Positions 1-8,200 of a stretch of DNA of 32,000 nt are shown in pieces. Location: positions 40,992 through 72,991 of the forward strand of contig CAYJVY010000008.1 in assembly GCA_964373795.1 (NCBI GenBank), given 5' to 3'. The notes under the pieces are model-generated. The model searched no databases. It saw nothing but the letters and a program-made list of their open reading frames with translations, and was not told the DNA's origin. The position numbers and the translations under genes are program-made. The DNA comes from an uncultured archaeon. Its GTDB lineage: Archaea > Iainarchaeota > Iainarchaeia > Iainarchaeales > DATDZZ01. How positions within the stretch are numbered: the stretch's first letter is position 1; every line of letters begins with the position of its first letter.

Positions 1-131
1 ACTGCATCTAAGATATTTGATTTTCCTGAGCCATTTGATCCTGCAATTGTAGTGAATCCATTTGATAAAGGAATTGTAGCATTTTTAAATGACTTAAAAT
101 TCTTTAACCTAATCTGAGCAATTCTAGTCAT
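1..131 (-). CDS. smc: SMC-family chromosome segregation ATPase, N-terminal fragment (gene runs off the window start)
   Basis: The reverse complement from the ATG at 131 reads [43 protein letters not shown]. This is the N-terminal strand plus Walker A (GxNGSGKSN) and ILDA signature of SMC heads. It is absent from the ORF track because the window edge truncates it. Confidence 0.7.
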   Translation of the reverse strand, partial: MTRIAQIRLKNFKSFKNATIPLSNGFTTIAGSNGSGKSNILDA

Positions 132-155
132 GCATATCCCTTTACTCTTTTGAAA

Positions 156-1013
156 TTATTTTTTTGTTAAATAAAAAAGTGGAAAAACAAGGTTTGTATA
201 TGTAACTGCAATTGAACTAAATAATAGTCCTGAAATTATTTGATAGTTTTCTATGTTCAAAACTTCTAATGTGAGTAAAGCTGTTTGTTCGGGCATTGAA
301 GGAGTGACAACAATTAATGACACTATCTCTAGTGCTCTGTCTAATAGTAAGTCTACTAAAATTATTTCAATTCCTTGAATTATTAGGTTTACTAGAATTA
401 CTGCTATTATTAACAAGAATAATGCAAGTAAGTGTTTATTTGAAAAATTCCAGGCCTCTATTAATCCTTCTTTTAATTTTTTTCCATTTATTGCCATTAC
501 TGGAATAAATAAAAAAAACTTGAAATATAAAAACAAAAACACTAACAGTAAAATAATTGTTGTTAGAATTGTTGTAATTCCTTCAGTTAAAGAAACAATT
601 AATGCATAAAGCATGTTTGCAACTGAAAACACTAATACGCTGAATATTATTAACGTAAGGATTTCTTTCCATTTTTTCAAGCTATGAGAAAACAATTCCC
701 TTATAGGTTTTTTTTCTTTAACATATAATGCATAAAAATAAATTAGACTAACATTTAACATTACTACTATTAATGATGCAATAAATATTGAAACCATTTC
801 AATTGGATTAGTTTTAATTAGATATGTTAGTAACTCAAATCCTTGAGTGTTAGCAGTTTTTAATTCTATAACAGTGTTAACTATAAATTCACTAAAAGCG
901 ATATATGTTATGACAATAATTAAAAAATTAATTAAATTAACTAGTACTGCTGGAAGTAAAATTTTTGGTTTTTCTAAAATTAAGCGAAACCCTTCAATTA
1001 ATGAATTAATCAT
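156..1013 (-). CDS. Polytopic membrane protein, function unknown
   Basis: 285-aa ORF with about seven long hydrophobic segments (e.g. ILLPAVLVNLINFLIIVITYIAF, TTILTTIILLLVFLFLYFKFFLFIPV). No catalytic motif recognised. It ends 24 nt upstream of the smc start on the same strand. Confidence 0.6.
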   Translation of the reverse strand: MINSLIEGFRLILEKPKILLPAVLVNLINFLIIVITYIAFSEFIVNTVIELKTANTQGFELLTYLIKTNPIEMVSIFIASLIVVMLNVSLIYFYALYVKEKKPIRELFSHSLKKWKEILTLIIFSVLVFSVANMLYALIVSLTEGITTILTTIILLLVFLFLYFKFFLFIPVMAINGKKLKEGLIEAWNFSNKHLLALFLLIIAVILVNLIIQGIEIILVDLLLDRALEIVSLIVVTPSMPEQTALLTLEVLNIENYQIISGLLFSSIAVTYTNLVFPLFYLTKK

Positions 1014-1141
1014 TTTTGCCCTCTTTTGTTGTCTTTATATTATTAAATTATCATTATTTATAAACATATACTATAAAAAAATATATATAATTAATTATTT
1101 TGTTTAAATAATTAGGCTTTGTATTTTGATTTAGTGATTTA

Positions 1142-1426
1142 ATGGATATTCCTAAAGAAATTTCAATTTATTGCGTTAGATGTAACTCTCATGCAGTGCA
1201 TAAATTAAAGTACTTTAAAGCAGCTGCAGCTAGGACAATGGCTTGGAGCACTAGACAACATAAAAGAAAATACGAAGAAGGTTATGGAGGAAAAGCAGAA
1301 TTCACTATAAAGGTTAAAAAGCAAAACAAAAAACCTACTTTTATAGCTGAATGCAGTAAATGCAAGAAAAAAACCTATAAAGTAATTCCAAAGAGAATGA
1401 AAAAAGTTGAAATAGTCTCAGCTTAA
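1142..1426 (+). CDS. rpl44e: 50S ribosomal protein L44e
   Basis: 94-aa very basic ORF with two CxxC pairs (C11/C14 and C71/C74) forming a zinc ribbon, and a KRKYEEGYGGK core typical of the L44e/L42 family. GTGAT Shine-Dalgarno at 1134..1138, 3 nt before the ATG. Confidence 0.85.
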   Translation: MDIPKEISIYCVRCNSHAVHKLKYFKAAAARTMAWSTRQHKRKYEEGYGGKAEFTIKVKKQNKKPTFIAECSKCKKKTYKVIPKRMKKVEIVSA

Positions 1427-1506
1427 CTTTTCAATCCACTAACAAAATAATTAAATACTCTGAATTGCACTAATTATTTAATATATTTCCTTTTTAAAGT
1501 GATTAA

Positions 1507-2070
1507 ATGCCTGTAAAAGAAAGAGTTGAAAGAGGCGCTGAAAGAAGAGCAGTTAAAACAATTAAAAAAGGACATCTAAGAGTAAGTTCTCCTTTTGTGG
1601 TTGGCCAAACAAATCTTCGTGAATGTGCTAGAATTGCAAGAGAAATATTTAGTGATCCAAAAACTGATCTCGAAAGAAGCGTTGTTCAAAGCTTTGAAAG
1701 GCTTCCCCCTGGAAGAAAAAGGTTAATTGAATTTGAACTTAACAGTACAACTCCTTCAGGACTGGCAGCAGTTGAAAGAGAATTAGTTGCAAGAGACAAA
1801 GCAGTTATGGAAAGATTAATTCCTGGAATTAGTCCTATTAAAAAGCAAAAAACTCCTTTAAGTGTTAAAGTAGCTGATAATGTTTTTTTCCAGTTAACTA
1901 AAAGAGCTTATTTTACTATTAGAACTTTAATGCTTTCACCTCAACCTAATATGGCAAGATTAACTGGCTTTTTAGTAGAATTAATGTTAGAACGTGCTAG
2001 TAGTTTTTATAAATTATCTAAAGCTACTTCTATTGCAAGACGACCTAGAACAGTAGGAAAAGCAGCTTAA
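1507..2070 (+). CDS. Hypothetical basic (Arg/Lys-rich) protein
   Basis: 187-aa ORF with the same AGTGATTnAATG ribosome-binding context as rpl44e (GTGAT 1499..1503). Arg/Ala-rich composition is atypical for this Lys/Ile/Asn-rich proteome. No family recognised. Confidence 0.6.
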   Translation: MPVKERVERGAERRAVKTIKKGHLRVSSPFVVGQTNLRECARIAREIFSDPKTDLERSVVQSFERLPPGRKRLIEFELNSTTPSGLAAVERELVARDKAVMERLIPGISPIKKQKTPLSVKVADNVFFQLTKRAYFTIRTLMLSPQPNMARLTGFLVELMLERASSFYKLSKATSIARRPRTVGKAA

Positions 2071-2109
2071 AACTCAACTTTTTAAAGTAAAACTCCTTAT
2101 ATAATTAAC

Positions 2110-2928
2110 ATGTCTCAAAGAAATTCAATATTGTTAATTATTAAACAAAATAATGGTTTAAGTTATAACGCTTTATTGAATAAAATTCAAGGAGATTATT
2201 CTTCAATTAATTCTGCTAGAGCAGCTCTCTCCAGAACCTTAAAAGACTTAATTTCTTTTGAATTAGCAAGAAAACAAGGAGACAATATTTTTATTACAGA
2301 TAAAGCTCTTCCCCAAATTAGTTCTGAAATGAGGTCAAAATTATTAGACAAACTAAACCTATTAATTTCTTCTAAAAACAATTTCCTGGAAATTGATTTA
2401 ATTGTTCAATTACTTCAAACATTAATTGAAAGAGCAAAACAAGACAAAGATTTATTCAAAGCAGCCAATGCTGCTACAAATTTTTTCGTTTCAGATTTAA
2501 TTGAAATTCATGAAAAAATTCAAAAACAATTAAAACACTTAGAATACATTGACAAAATTTTTCTAACACAAATTGATTCTTTAAAAGAACTAGACTTTGA
2601 TTCACAAATTTTACTGGATTTAAATTCAACAACAAAAAATAAATTAAACGAGTTTTTTAAAAACCTTGAACAAACAGAATTAATTATCTCAGGAAATAAC
2701 CCTGACTTTATTCATAAAATATCTCAATACTTTAATGTAAAAATTGAACGAAACACAATATTTATTGAAAAAAAATTATTTTTACAGGTTTTAGATTTAT
2801 TTTACTCAAATCCAGCACATATTTTAATCAAAATAACTTTAGATTTAAGAATATCAAAATTCACTTTAAGACTAACAAATAATAAAATGCAATTAATTGG
2901 GCCTGCAAAAGAATTAGAAAAAATTTAA
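2110..2928 (+). CDS. Hypothetical protein with N-terminal winged-helix-like domain
   Basis: 272-aa ORF. The N-terminal ~70 aa (ILLIIKQNNGLSYNALLNKIQ...SRTLKDLISFELARKQGDNIFITDKA) looks like a wHTH, and the rest is helical/coiled-coil. No family recognised. Confidence 0.55.
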   Translation: MSQRNSILLIIKQNNGLSYNALLNKIQGDYSSINSARAALSRTLKDLISFELARKQGDNIFITDKALPQISSEMRSKLLDKLNLLISSKNNFLEIDLIVQLLQTLIERAKQDKDLFKAANAATNFFVSDLIEIHEKIQKQLKHLEYIDKIFLTQIDSLKELDFDSQILLDLNSTTKNKLNEFFKNLEQTELIISGNNPDFIHKISQYFNVKIERNTIFIEKKLFLQVLDLFYSNPAHILIKITLDLRISKFTLRLTNNKMQLIGPAKELEKI

Positions 2929-2934
2929 ATTAAA

Positions 2935-3142
2935 GCGGAGATGGCGGAGTGGTTTAACGCGCTCGTCTCGAAAATGTCGTTCGCCGTTCAGCCGGCGAAG
3001 CTGAAGGCCGACGTCGGCCCTCGTGCTCGACGCACGAGACGTCGTAGCCGGCGAGGCTGAGTGTCAACCCATGCTGAAAAGAAAAAGTTTCGAGTTAACG
3101 AGTGTCTGAAAAGACGCGTAGGTTCAAATCCTGCTCTCCGCG
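2935..3142 (+). tRNA. tRNA-Ser (anticodon CGA) interrupted by a 124-nt intron at position 37/38
   Basis: Exon 1 (2935..2972) = GCGGAGA TG GCGG AGTGGTTTA ACGC G CTCGT CTCGAA. Exon 2 (3097..3142) = A ACGAG TGTCTGAAAAGACGC GTAGG TTCAAAT CCTGC TCTCCGC G. Joined, they give an 84-nt class-II tRNA colinear with the two intron-less tRNA-Ser genes in this window, with discriminator G73 and no encoded CCA. Confidence 0.85.
2973..3096 (+). other. tRNA intron, G+C-rich and highly structured (BHB-type splice context)
   Basis: Anticodon-loop CTCG (32-35) pairs with intron CGAG (3091..3094). This leaves a 3-nt bulge TTA (3095..3097) next to the anticodon stem. The exact boundary is ambiguous by 1-2 nt within an A-run at the 5' site. 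Internal hairpins and repeats are described in the findings. Confidence 0.75.
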
Positions 3143-3147
3143 TAAAT

Positions 3148-4236
3148 TCATTTAAATTTATTTAATTCAATTCTTTTAAGTAATTCTTTTTCTTCAATTA
3201 CTCCAATAAATTTTTTTCCACTAAAAACAGGTAAAACCTCTGTGTTTTCTTTAATTAATTTTTCCATTGCCTTATCCGCAGTTAAATTTATTTGAATAAC
3301 TGGCAATGCCTTTGCAATTTTAATCGCTTTAATTTTACTCCATTTTTCTTTCTTCAATTCATGTAACAAATCTAATTCAAGCAAAAAAATTTTCCCCTGT
3401 TTCTCCATTAATGCACTTAACTTATTTTTTTCCTGAAATTTTTCAAATGCATTTTTAACAGTAATATTGCTATTTAAAAAAAACGGTTTTTTGTTAATCA
3501 AATGTGTTATCTTAATTCCTTGCAGGCTTTCTTTCATTATTACTATTTTGTCTTCTCCTGTTGCTCCAAGAAAAACAAACACTGCAATAATGATTAAAAT
3601 AATGTTTCCAATAGCATAACCAATCAACCCCAATATTATTACAAAAAATAAACTAATCTTTGTAGAAATATGAGTAGCTCTATTAAATCCAATTAAACTA
3701 CTCAAAATTGATCTCAATACTCTTCCGCCATCCAATGGCAAAGCCGGAACAAATAAATTAAATGCTCCAAGCATTAAATTCACATATAAAAGTGCAAACA
3801 ATGGATAATTTAAAACAGCATTTGAAAAATCTTTCACACTCAATATTTGTTCTCTAGATGGAAAAGGAATTTCAGGAAAAACAACTACAATGATTGAAAT
3901 CCCTAAAACAATTGCAAAATTAAATAATGGTCCTGCAATTGAAATCAAAAATTCATGTAACGCTTTTTTAGGCATTTCTTTTGCAACAGATATTCCTCCA
4001 ATTGGAAGCAAAATTATTTTCTCAACCCTTATTCCAAGAAAAACAGAAACAATTGAATGGCACAATTCATGAATAAAAACAGATGCAAATAAAAAAACCA
4101 ATAATAACATGTAAGAAAAAAAATTCCTTGTTTCAATTAATGCAATCAAAACAGTCATAAAAACAATTAACAAAATAAACGTATAATGCAACTCTAAACT
4201 AATTCCAAAAAATTTTCCAAACCTAATACTATTCAA
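3148..4236 (-). CDS. M50 (site-2 protease family) membrane metalloprotease with C-terminal CBS pair
   Basis: HELCH (HExxH) within a TM helix and a downstream LPLDGGRV motif are M50 hallmarks. There are multiple TM helices. The C-terminal ~130 aa has CBS-like repeats (e.g. VLPVFSGKKFIGVIEEKELL). TTG start is preceded by a GTGTGA SD, 12 nt after the upstream stop. Confidence 0.85.
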   Translation of the reverse strand: MNSIRFGKFFGISLELHYTFILLIVFMTVLIALIETRNFFSYMLLLVFLFASVFIHELCHSIVSVFLGIRVEKIILLPIGGISVAKEMPKKALHEFLISIAGPLFNFAIVLGISIIVVVFPEIPFPSREQILSVKDFSNAVLNYPLFALLYVNLMLGAFNLFVPALPLDGGRVLRSILSSLIGFNRATHISTKISLFFVIILGLIGYAIGNIILIIIAVFVFLGATGEDKIVIMKESLQGIKITHLINKKPFFLNSNITVKNAFEKFQEKNKLSALMEKQGKIFLLELDLLHELKKEKWSKIKAIKIAKALPVIQINLTADKAMEKLIKENTEVLPVFSGKKFIGVIEEKELLKRIELNKFK

Positions 4237-4248
4237 ATTAATTCACAC

Positions 4249-4890
4249 TCATTTCTTCACTATAAATACCTGTAATATTTCTTTAATTTCTTCTTCATTA
4301 AAACCTGACTTCAACAACAATTCAATGCATTTATCAAAAGAATTCCCTTTATGCAACTCAAACCGCATTATTTTTTGTGCTTCCCTTATTTCCTGATTTA
4401 ACTTATTTATTTTCAAGTCCTTACTAACTATTATAACTCGTCGTTCGCCAATCGCCTCACGAGGCTGGCTTGACATTTTCTGTGACTGAATTAACACTTG
4501 AACAGGCTTTTTTAAATTAGAAGTTGAAGCCGTTTTTTCTAAACTCTGTTTTAAAGTTTCCAATTTATTCAATGAATTTTTAACTTGTCCAGTTTGCTCT
4601 ATTGAACTAGTTTGAACATCAACATTTTTGTTTTCAGCATTATCCATTGAAATAATTTCTTTTTTTTCTTGTAGCATTGTTTGAGGCTTAATTTCTTGAA
4701 GAAATTTTTTTACTAATTCTTCTTTTTTCATTAATTGTTGTGCTTTTGTAAAAATTTGTTGAATTTGTTCTAAAGTAAATCCTTTTAATACAAGCATTTT
4801 TTTTATTTCTTCACTTGACTCATTTTTTTTTAATTTTTCTGCAACTGTTTGTGCATTAGAGTTTAAAATTGATTCAGTTAAATCAGTCAT
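4249..4890 (-). CDS. Hypothetical protein with terminal helical (UBA-like?) motifs and a low-complexity centre
   Basis: 213-aa ORF with AGGA SD upstream. N-terminal SSEEIKKMLVLKGFTLEQIQQIFTKAQQL and C-terminal FDKCIELLLKSGFNEEEIKEILQVF are copies of one motif. The same motif occurs in the upstream ATPase. Confidence 0.6.
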   Translation of the reverse strand: MTDLTESILNSNAQTVAEKLKKNESSEEIKKMLVLKGFTLEQIQQIFTKAQQLMKKEELVKKFLQEIKPQTMLQEKKEIISMDNAENKNVDVQTSSIEQTGQVKNSLNKLETLKQSLEKTASTSNLKKPVQVLIQSQKMSSQPREAIGERRVIIVSKDLKINKLNQEIREAQKIMRFELHKGNSFDKCIELLLKSGFNEEEIKEILQVFIVKK

Positions 4891-4901
4891 TTTTAATTCC
4901 T

Positions 4902-5189
4902 TTAATTTGTTATTGCTTCAATAAATTTTTCAGCAATTTTTCTTGCTTCATTGCTTTTTTTAGTGTTTTTTACCATTATTTTTCCGCTTTTAAAAAAACT
5001 AATACTTGTTCCATCTATTTGAGTTACAATTAAAAAAGGAGTATTAATTTCTATAAAAATTTTTTTTTCTTCCAATTTTTCTCCAATTGCACTTAAATCA
5101 ATTAAATATTTTTTTTTTGGAATAAATTCATATGCTAGTTTTGATTTACATGGCTGGCCTATAAAATTGCTTAACTCTATTTTTTCCAT
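4902..5189 (-). CDS. Small protein, possible single TBP-like (helix-grip) domain
   Basis: 95-aa ORF. TSISFFKSGKIMVKNTKKSNEARKIAEKFIEAI resembles the xxIFxSGKxVxTGAKSxxxxxxAxxK core of one TBP repeat. It is tightly packed between operon neighbours (19-nt and 11-nt gaps). Confidence 0.5.
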   Translation of the reverse strand: MEKIELSNFIGQPCKSKLAYEFIPKKKYLIDLSAIGEKLEEKKIFIEINTPFLIVTQIDGTSISFFKSGKIMVKNTKKSNEARKIAEKFIEAITN

Positions 5190-5208
5190 ATTTTTTTCAC
5201 AAAACTAA

Positions 5209-8200
5209 TTATTTTATTCTTTGCCCTGTTAACGCGTCAACTATAACTATTTTTTCAACTCCGTTGTTGTTTAGTTTTACATGATATAATGGCCAGTAAA
5301 CTTCTGAAACTTTTCTTACTAAGACGTTTGGCCATAGCAAGTGAAGCAGGTTTGGAATCTCTTCTCTTAAATAATTTTCTTTTTCTCTTGCTAAAGAATT
5401 TACTTGAACAAAAGGAAGTTCTTTTAATGATTCGATTAATTCTGTTCTTGGATGTGGAGGAATATCTATTTCTGATTTTAATCCGTAAAGCATTCCAGTG
5501 TTTTCTTTAACTGCTTGTTCTACAATGTTTTTAGAAGTTAATTTATCTAATAGCTTTCTAACTTCTTCTTCTTGAAGACCTGTTGGCAAACTAATTTCTT
5601 TTAATGTTTTTTTCTTTTTCTCTAAATTGCGTAAAACTTTTACTTCTTCTTGACTTAACTCTTTTAATTTTGCTAATCCTCTTGATTCAACAAATTTTCC
5701 ATCTTTAAAGTGAAGGAATTCCCCATTAACTGAGTCAATGAATGCATCTTTTGTTATGAATTCTTTTCTTTTATTGAATGCTTCATAACTTATTTTCCAA
5801 ATATTTCTATACTTTAACTGAATTGATTGAATTAACTCTTCTTCTCCAAGAATTCCTAAAATTTTTTTCTTTCTAATCCCGTGAATAATTTTTAACGCGT
5901 TTTCTTCGTTTATTCTAATCGGAAAAGCAAGTAACTCTGTTTGCTCTGTAAAACCTTCTTCTGTTGGCTCAATTGGTTTATCCTCTATTAATTTTTCTTC
6001 TTCAATTATCTTTCCTGTTTCCTCTTTTTCTTCTACTTTTACTGAATTTGTTTCAACTATTAATCCTTTTTTTACTAGCTCTGAATAAATGTCTTCTGGT
6101 TTTACATGCGAATTATATTTTTCATTTAATGATTCAATTAACTTATTTAATTCTTTTTTTTCCGCTTGTTTTTCTCTTTTAATTTTTTTTGCTACTAATT
6201 CAATAATTATTTGTTTTGCTTGCTCTTCTGTTACAAGGTAACTCATTTGACTTGTTTCAGCATCTCTTCCTTCATGTTGAGACATTCTTGGGCGAACTTT
6301 CATAATGAATGCTCTAGAGGTTTCCTCACTTCTATCTCCAGTTAATCCTACTCCTACTGGCAAGGTTTTAATAAAATTGCTTTTCTTGTATTTTTCTGGA
6401 ATAATTGTTGGAGTTCTCTTGAAAACAGCTTTAATATCGTCATCGAATACAAGTTTGTGTGAAACAATTACATCTATTTGACTTAAAACTCTTGAATCAA
6501 TTGCTGAAGGCTGTTGAGTTGCAAACACTAAAGAACATCCAGGCCTTCTCCCTTGTTTAACGTATTCAACTAATGAATTTGTTGCAGGAGTTTTAATGTT
6601 TCCTGAAGGAATTAATGTATGCGCTTCATCAATGAACAACCAAGTAGGAGGAATATCTAATTCAAGCAATTTTTCTACTTCAATTGTTTTCATTCTTTGA
6701 ACTGCTTCTTTTCTTGTTAAAATTTTTCTTGCAGCTAGAATTCTTCTACTCAAAACCCCTAAAACTAATGCTGTTACAGTGTCATCTAAAAAACTTGAAT
6801 CAATTATTGTTAACTGGTTTTCCTTGCTTAACTCTGTTAAAGGAGTTCCTTTTTCTGAAAAAATTCCCCAATGTTTTGCGCTTTCAAATCTTGAAATTAA
6901 TGCCCTAATTGAATCCTGTTTGAATCCTTTTTCTCTTGAATTAATGTCTGAATCATTTTCCATGCAAAAAGTAATATCACTTAATGAATAATTTTTTCCT
7001 TTTGCTTTAATTGTTTGCCCTTCAACTGTTTTAAATCCTTCACTGATTTTTTTCAAAGTCCTATCAATTAGCAAGCCTGTAGGACTAAACCTGTCAATTC
7101 CAAAAGTTAAACACCAATCCTCTCCAGTTAAAAGAGATGGCTGAATTGCAAAAGTTGAATCAAATGTTTCCTTTGGAACTTCATTTTTAATTCCTTCAGG
7201 AATAAATACTTTCACGTTTTTTAATCCTTGAGGCAGTAAATCCCATTCACTCAACAATTTAATTTCTTTTTCTTCCTTGTTTGGATACTTCATGCTCCAA
7301 AAAACTCCAATCGGATCAACCACAATTATTCCAACATTTTTATTCTTCAATGCAAGTTCTTCAGCCATTACTCCTAAAATGTAAGACTTTCCGCTTCCTC
7401 TTGCTCCGCAAACAAAGCATACATGAGGATTTAATGAATCCAAAAAAACACTTTTATTCAAATACTCTTTTTCTTGAACTTTTCCAACAAAAAGAGTTCC
7501 TTCAAATCCATATTTTTGATAATTAGCTTTTTTTCGCCCAATAAATACGCTGCCACTTTTCTTATCCTCTAAAAAAGTTAAAGGCACTCCACTAAGAGTT
7601 AAAGGTTTAGCCTTAAAAGACTCATTTAATGCTTTCTCCATTATTTCTTTTTTCACTTCCTCTCTATCAATTTCCTCCCCTAAATCTATTCCCTCTACTC
7701 GTTCCGCGTCTTCACTTTCATTTAATTCATTTCCTTCTTCCATGCTTTCTTCTTGTTCTCCTTCCACTGCTTCTTGTTCTAATTCTTTTTCCTCTGCTTC
7801 ACTTAACTCTTTTTCTTTTTCAAATTCTTTTACTGCTTGTTTTTCTAATTGAATTGCTTTTTTCATTATTTGATTAATTGTGTTTTCATTATACCCTGAA
7901 TTTTTTAATTCCTCTATGCATTCCTCTTCCTCTAAACCAATTTTTTTATAGTCAAGAATTAGTTTTGCTGCTTCTAGCACTTCTTCTTCAGGAATTTTTT
8001 CTTCTTCTTCCTCGCTTTCAGAAAATTCTTCTTCTATTTCTCTTTCAGTTTTTTCCTCTTCATTAATTTTCTCTGCTTTTGGATGTTTTGGATCCTCGCC
8101 AATTAACTCATCAAATACATCTTTTTCTTCCCCTGATTTAATTTTTTCCACTACAATTTCCTCTTCTTTTTCTTGTACTGCATTGCTTTTCTCTTTAAGC

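Noticed and set aside
2973-3096. Intron-encoded C/D-box guide RNA or homing endonuclease
   Set aside because: Three CTGA (D-like) boxes exist, but no RUGAUGA C box; the best match is ATGCTGA at 3071. At 124 nt the intron is far too short for an endonuclease ORF. It is kept as an unexplained structured intron instead.
5289-8066. Plus-strand ORFs inside the ATPase gene (5289, 5964, 6684, 6779, 7281, 7629, 7878)
   Set aside because: They are Leu/Phe-rich shadow frames antisense to a Lys/Glu-rich gene with strong conserved ATPase motifs, and they have no independent support. The same reasoning applies to the other short antisense ORFs in the track (317, 847, 2196, 3890, 10644, 10937, 11265, 12263, 12406, 13053, 13386, 13946, 16733, 18604, 20652, 20707, 21444, 22644, 23012, 24621, 28310, 28568, 29267-31214).
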